60,036 nt of DNA from a virus (lineage: Duplodnaviria; Caudoviricetes): positions 1-60,036 of the IMG/VR virus record IMGVR_UViG_3300020045_001588, one strand, 5' to 3'. A program made the translations under genes and the position numbers. The notes under the pieces were generated by a model. It was not told the DNA's origin and did not search any database. It saw only the letters and a program-made list of their open reading frames with translations. Of this stretch, positions 59,853 through 60,036 are shown one piece after another. Each line of letters starts with the position of its first letter. Position 1 is the first letter of the stretch.

Positions 59853-60036
59853 ATGGCTAAACGTAGAAGACTAAGTAAGAACGGCGTAATTTGTGTTTAT
59901 TCGACGGACGGGAAAAGGGAGGGAGTTGCACCAGAGCATATACCACACAGAGAGGGAATGCCATTAGAATCTAACAGGCTAATATTGCTTGACTTTGAAG
60001 AGCTCGCCAGCGATGATACCAAAGCTTGGTATGCAG
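59853..60036 (+). CDS. Partial + strand ORF; 3' part is a mosaic of two other genes
   Basis: ATG after an AACAACTTAACAAC leader; MAKRRRLSKNGVICVYSTDGKR-EGVAPEHIP-HREGMPLESNRLILLDFEELASDDTKAWYA; open to the window end. Confidence 0.45.
   Translation, partial: MAKRRRLSKNGVICVYSTDGKREGVAPEHIPHREGMPLESNRLILLDFEELASDDTKAWYA
59919..60036. repeat. Exact inverted copies of 53888-53916 (29 bp) and 58162-58256 (95 bp)
   Basis: 59919-59947 is the reverse complement of 53888-53916; 59942-60036 is the reverse complement of 58162-58256; the two share ACCACA at the junction. Confidence 0.95.

Noticed and set aside
59919-59947. 29-bp self-matching piece as a CRISPR spacer
   Set aside because: No flanking direct repeats or array; it joins the next piece by microhomology.
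58162-60036. 95-bp duplication as a DGR template/variable repeat pair
   Set aside because: The copies are identical with no adenine-specific mismatches, and no reverse transcriptase is visible in the window.

Overview
About 60 kb of a crAss-like (Crassvirales-type) podophage genome. The host is very probably a Bacteroidota, since TAnnTTTG -7 promoter boxes precede many genes. Almost every real gene is on the minus strand, in crAss-typical order: small accessory genes (Tad1-like anti-defence sponge, RepL-like HTH protein, PD-(D/E)xK nuclease, HU/IHF) > terminase > portal > acidic scaffold-like protein > major capsid protein > cargo/auxiliary capsid/tail-ring genes > split tail stabilisation ('muzzle') gene with cadherin, DUF5977-like and SprB-like modules > two ejected cargo proteins > a ~6,120-aa virion RNA polymerase polyprotein (SF1 helicase, two zincin motifs, DFDVD active site, PD-(D/E)xK nuclease) > small tail genes > an uncalled >2,160-aa fibre/depolymerase running off the left edge. 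The most interesting observations are: (i) two small accessory ORFs near the Tad1 homologue that carry recognisable pieces of the terminase ATPase and of the major capsid protein (candidate decoys for pattern-sensing defences); (ii) a genome-wide excess of CCCAAA/TTTGGG; (iii) structured non-coding regions at 56.4-56.7 kb and 59.7-59.8 kb; (iv) an in-frame mosaic ORF at the right edge built from exact inverted copies of two other genes, possibly an artefact. All family assignments come from motif recognition and synteny by eye; no searches were run.
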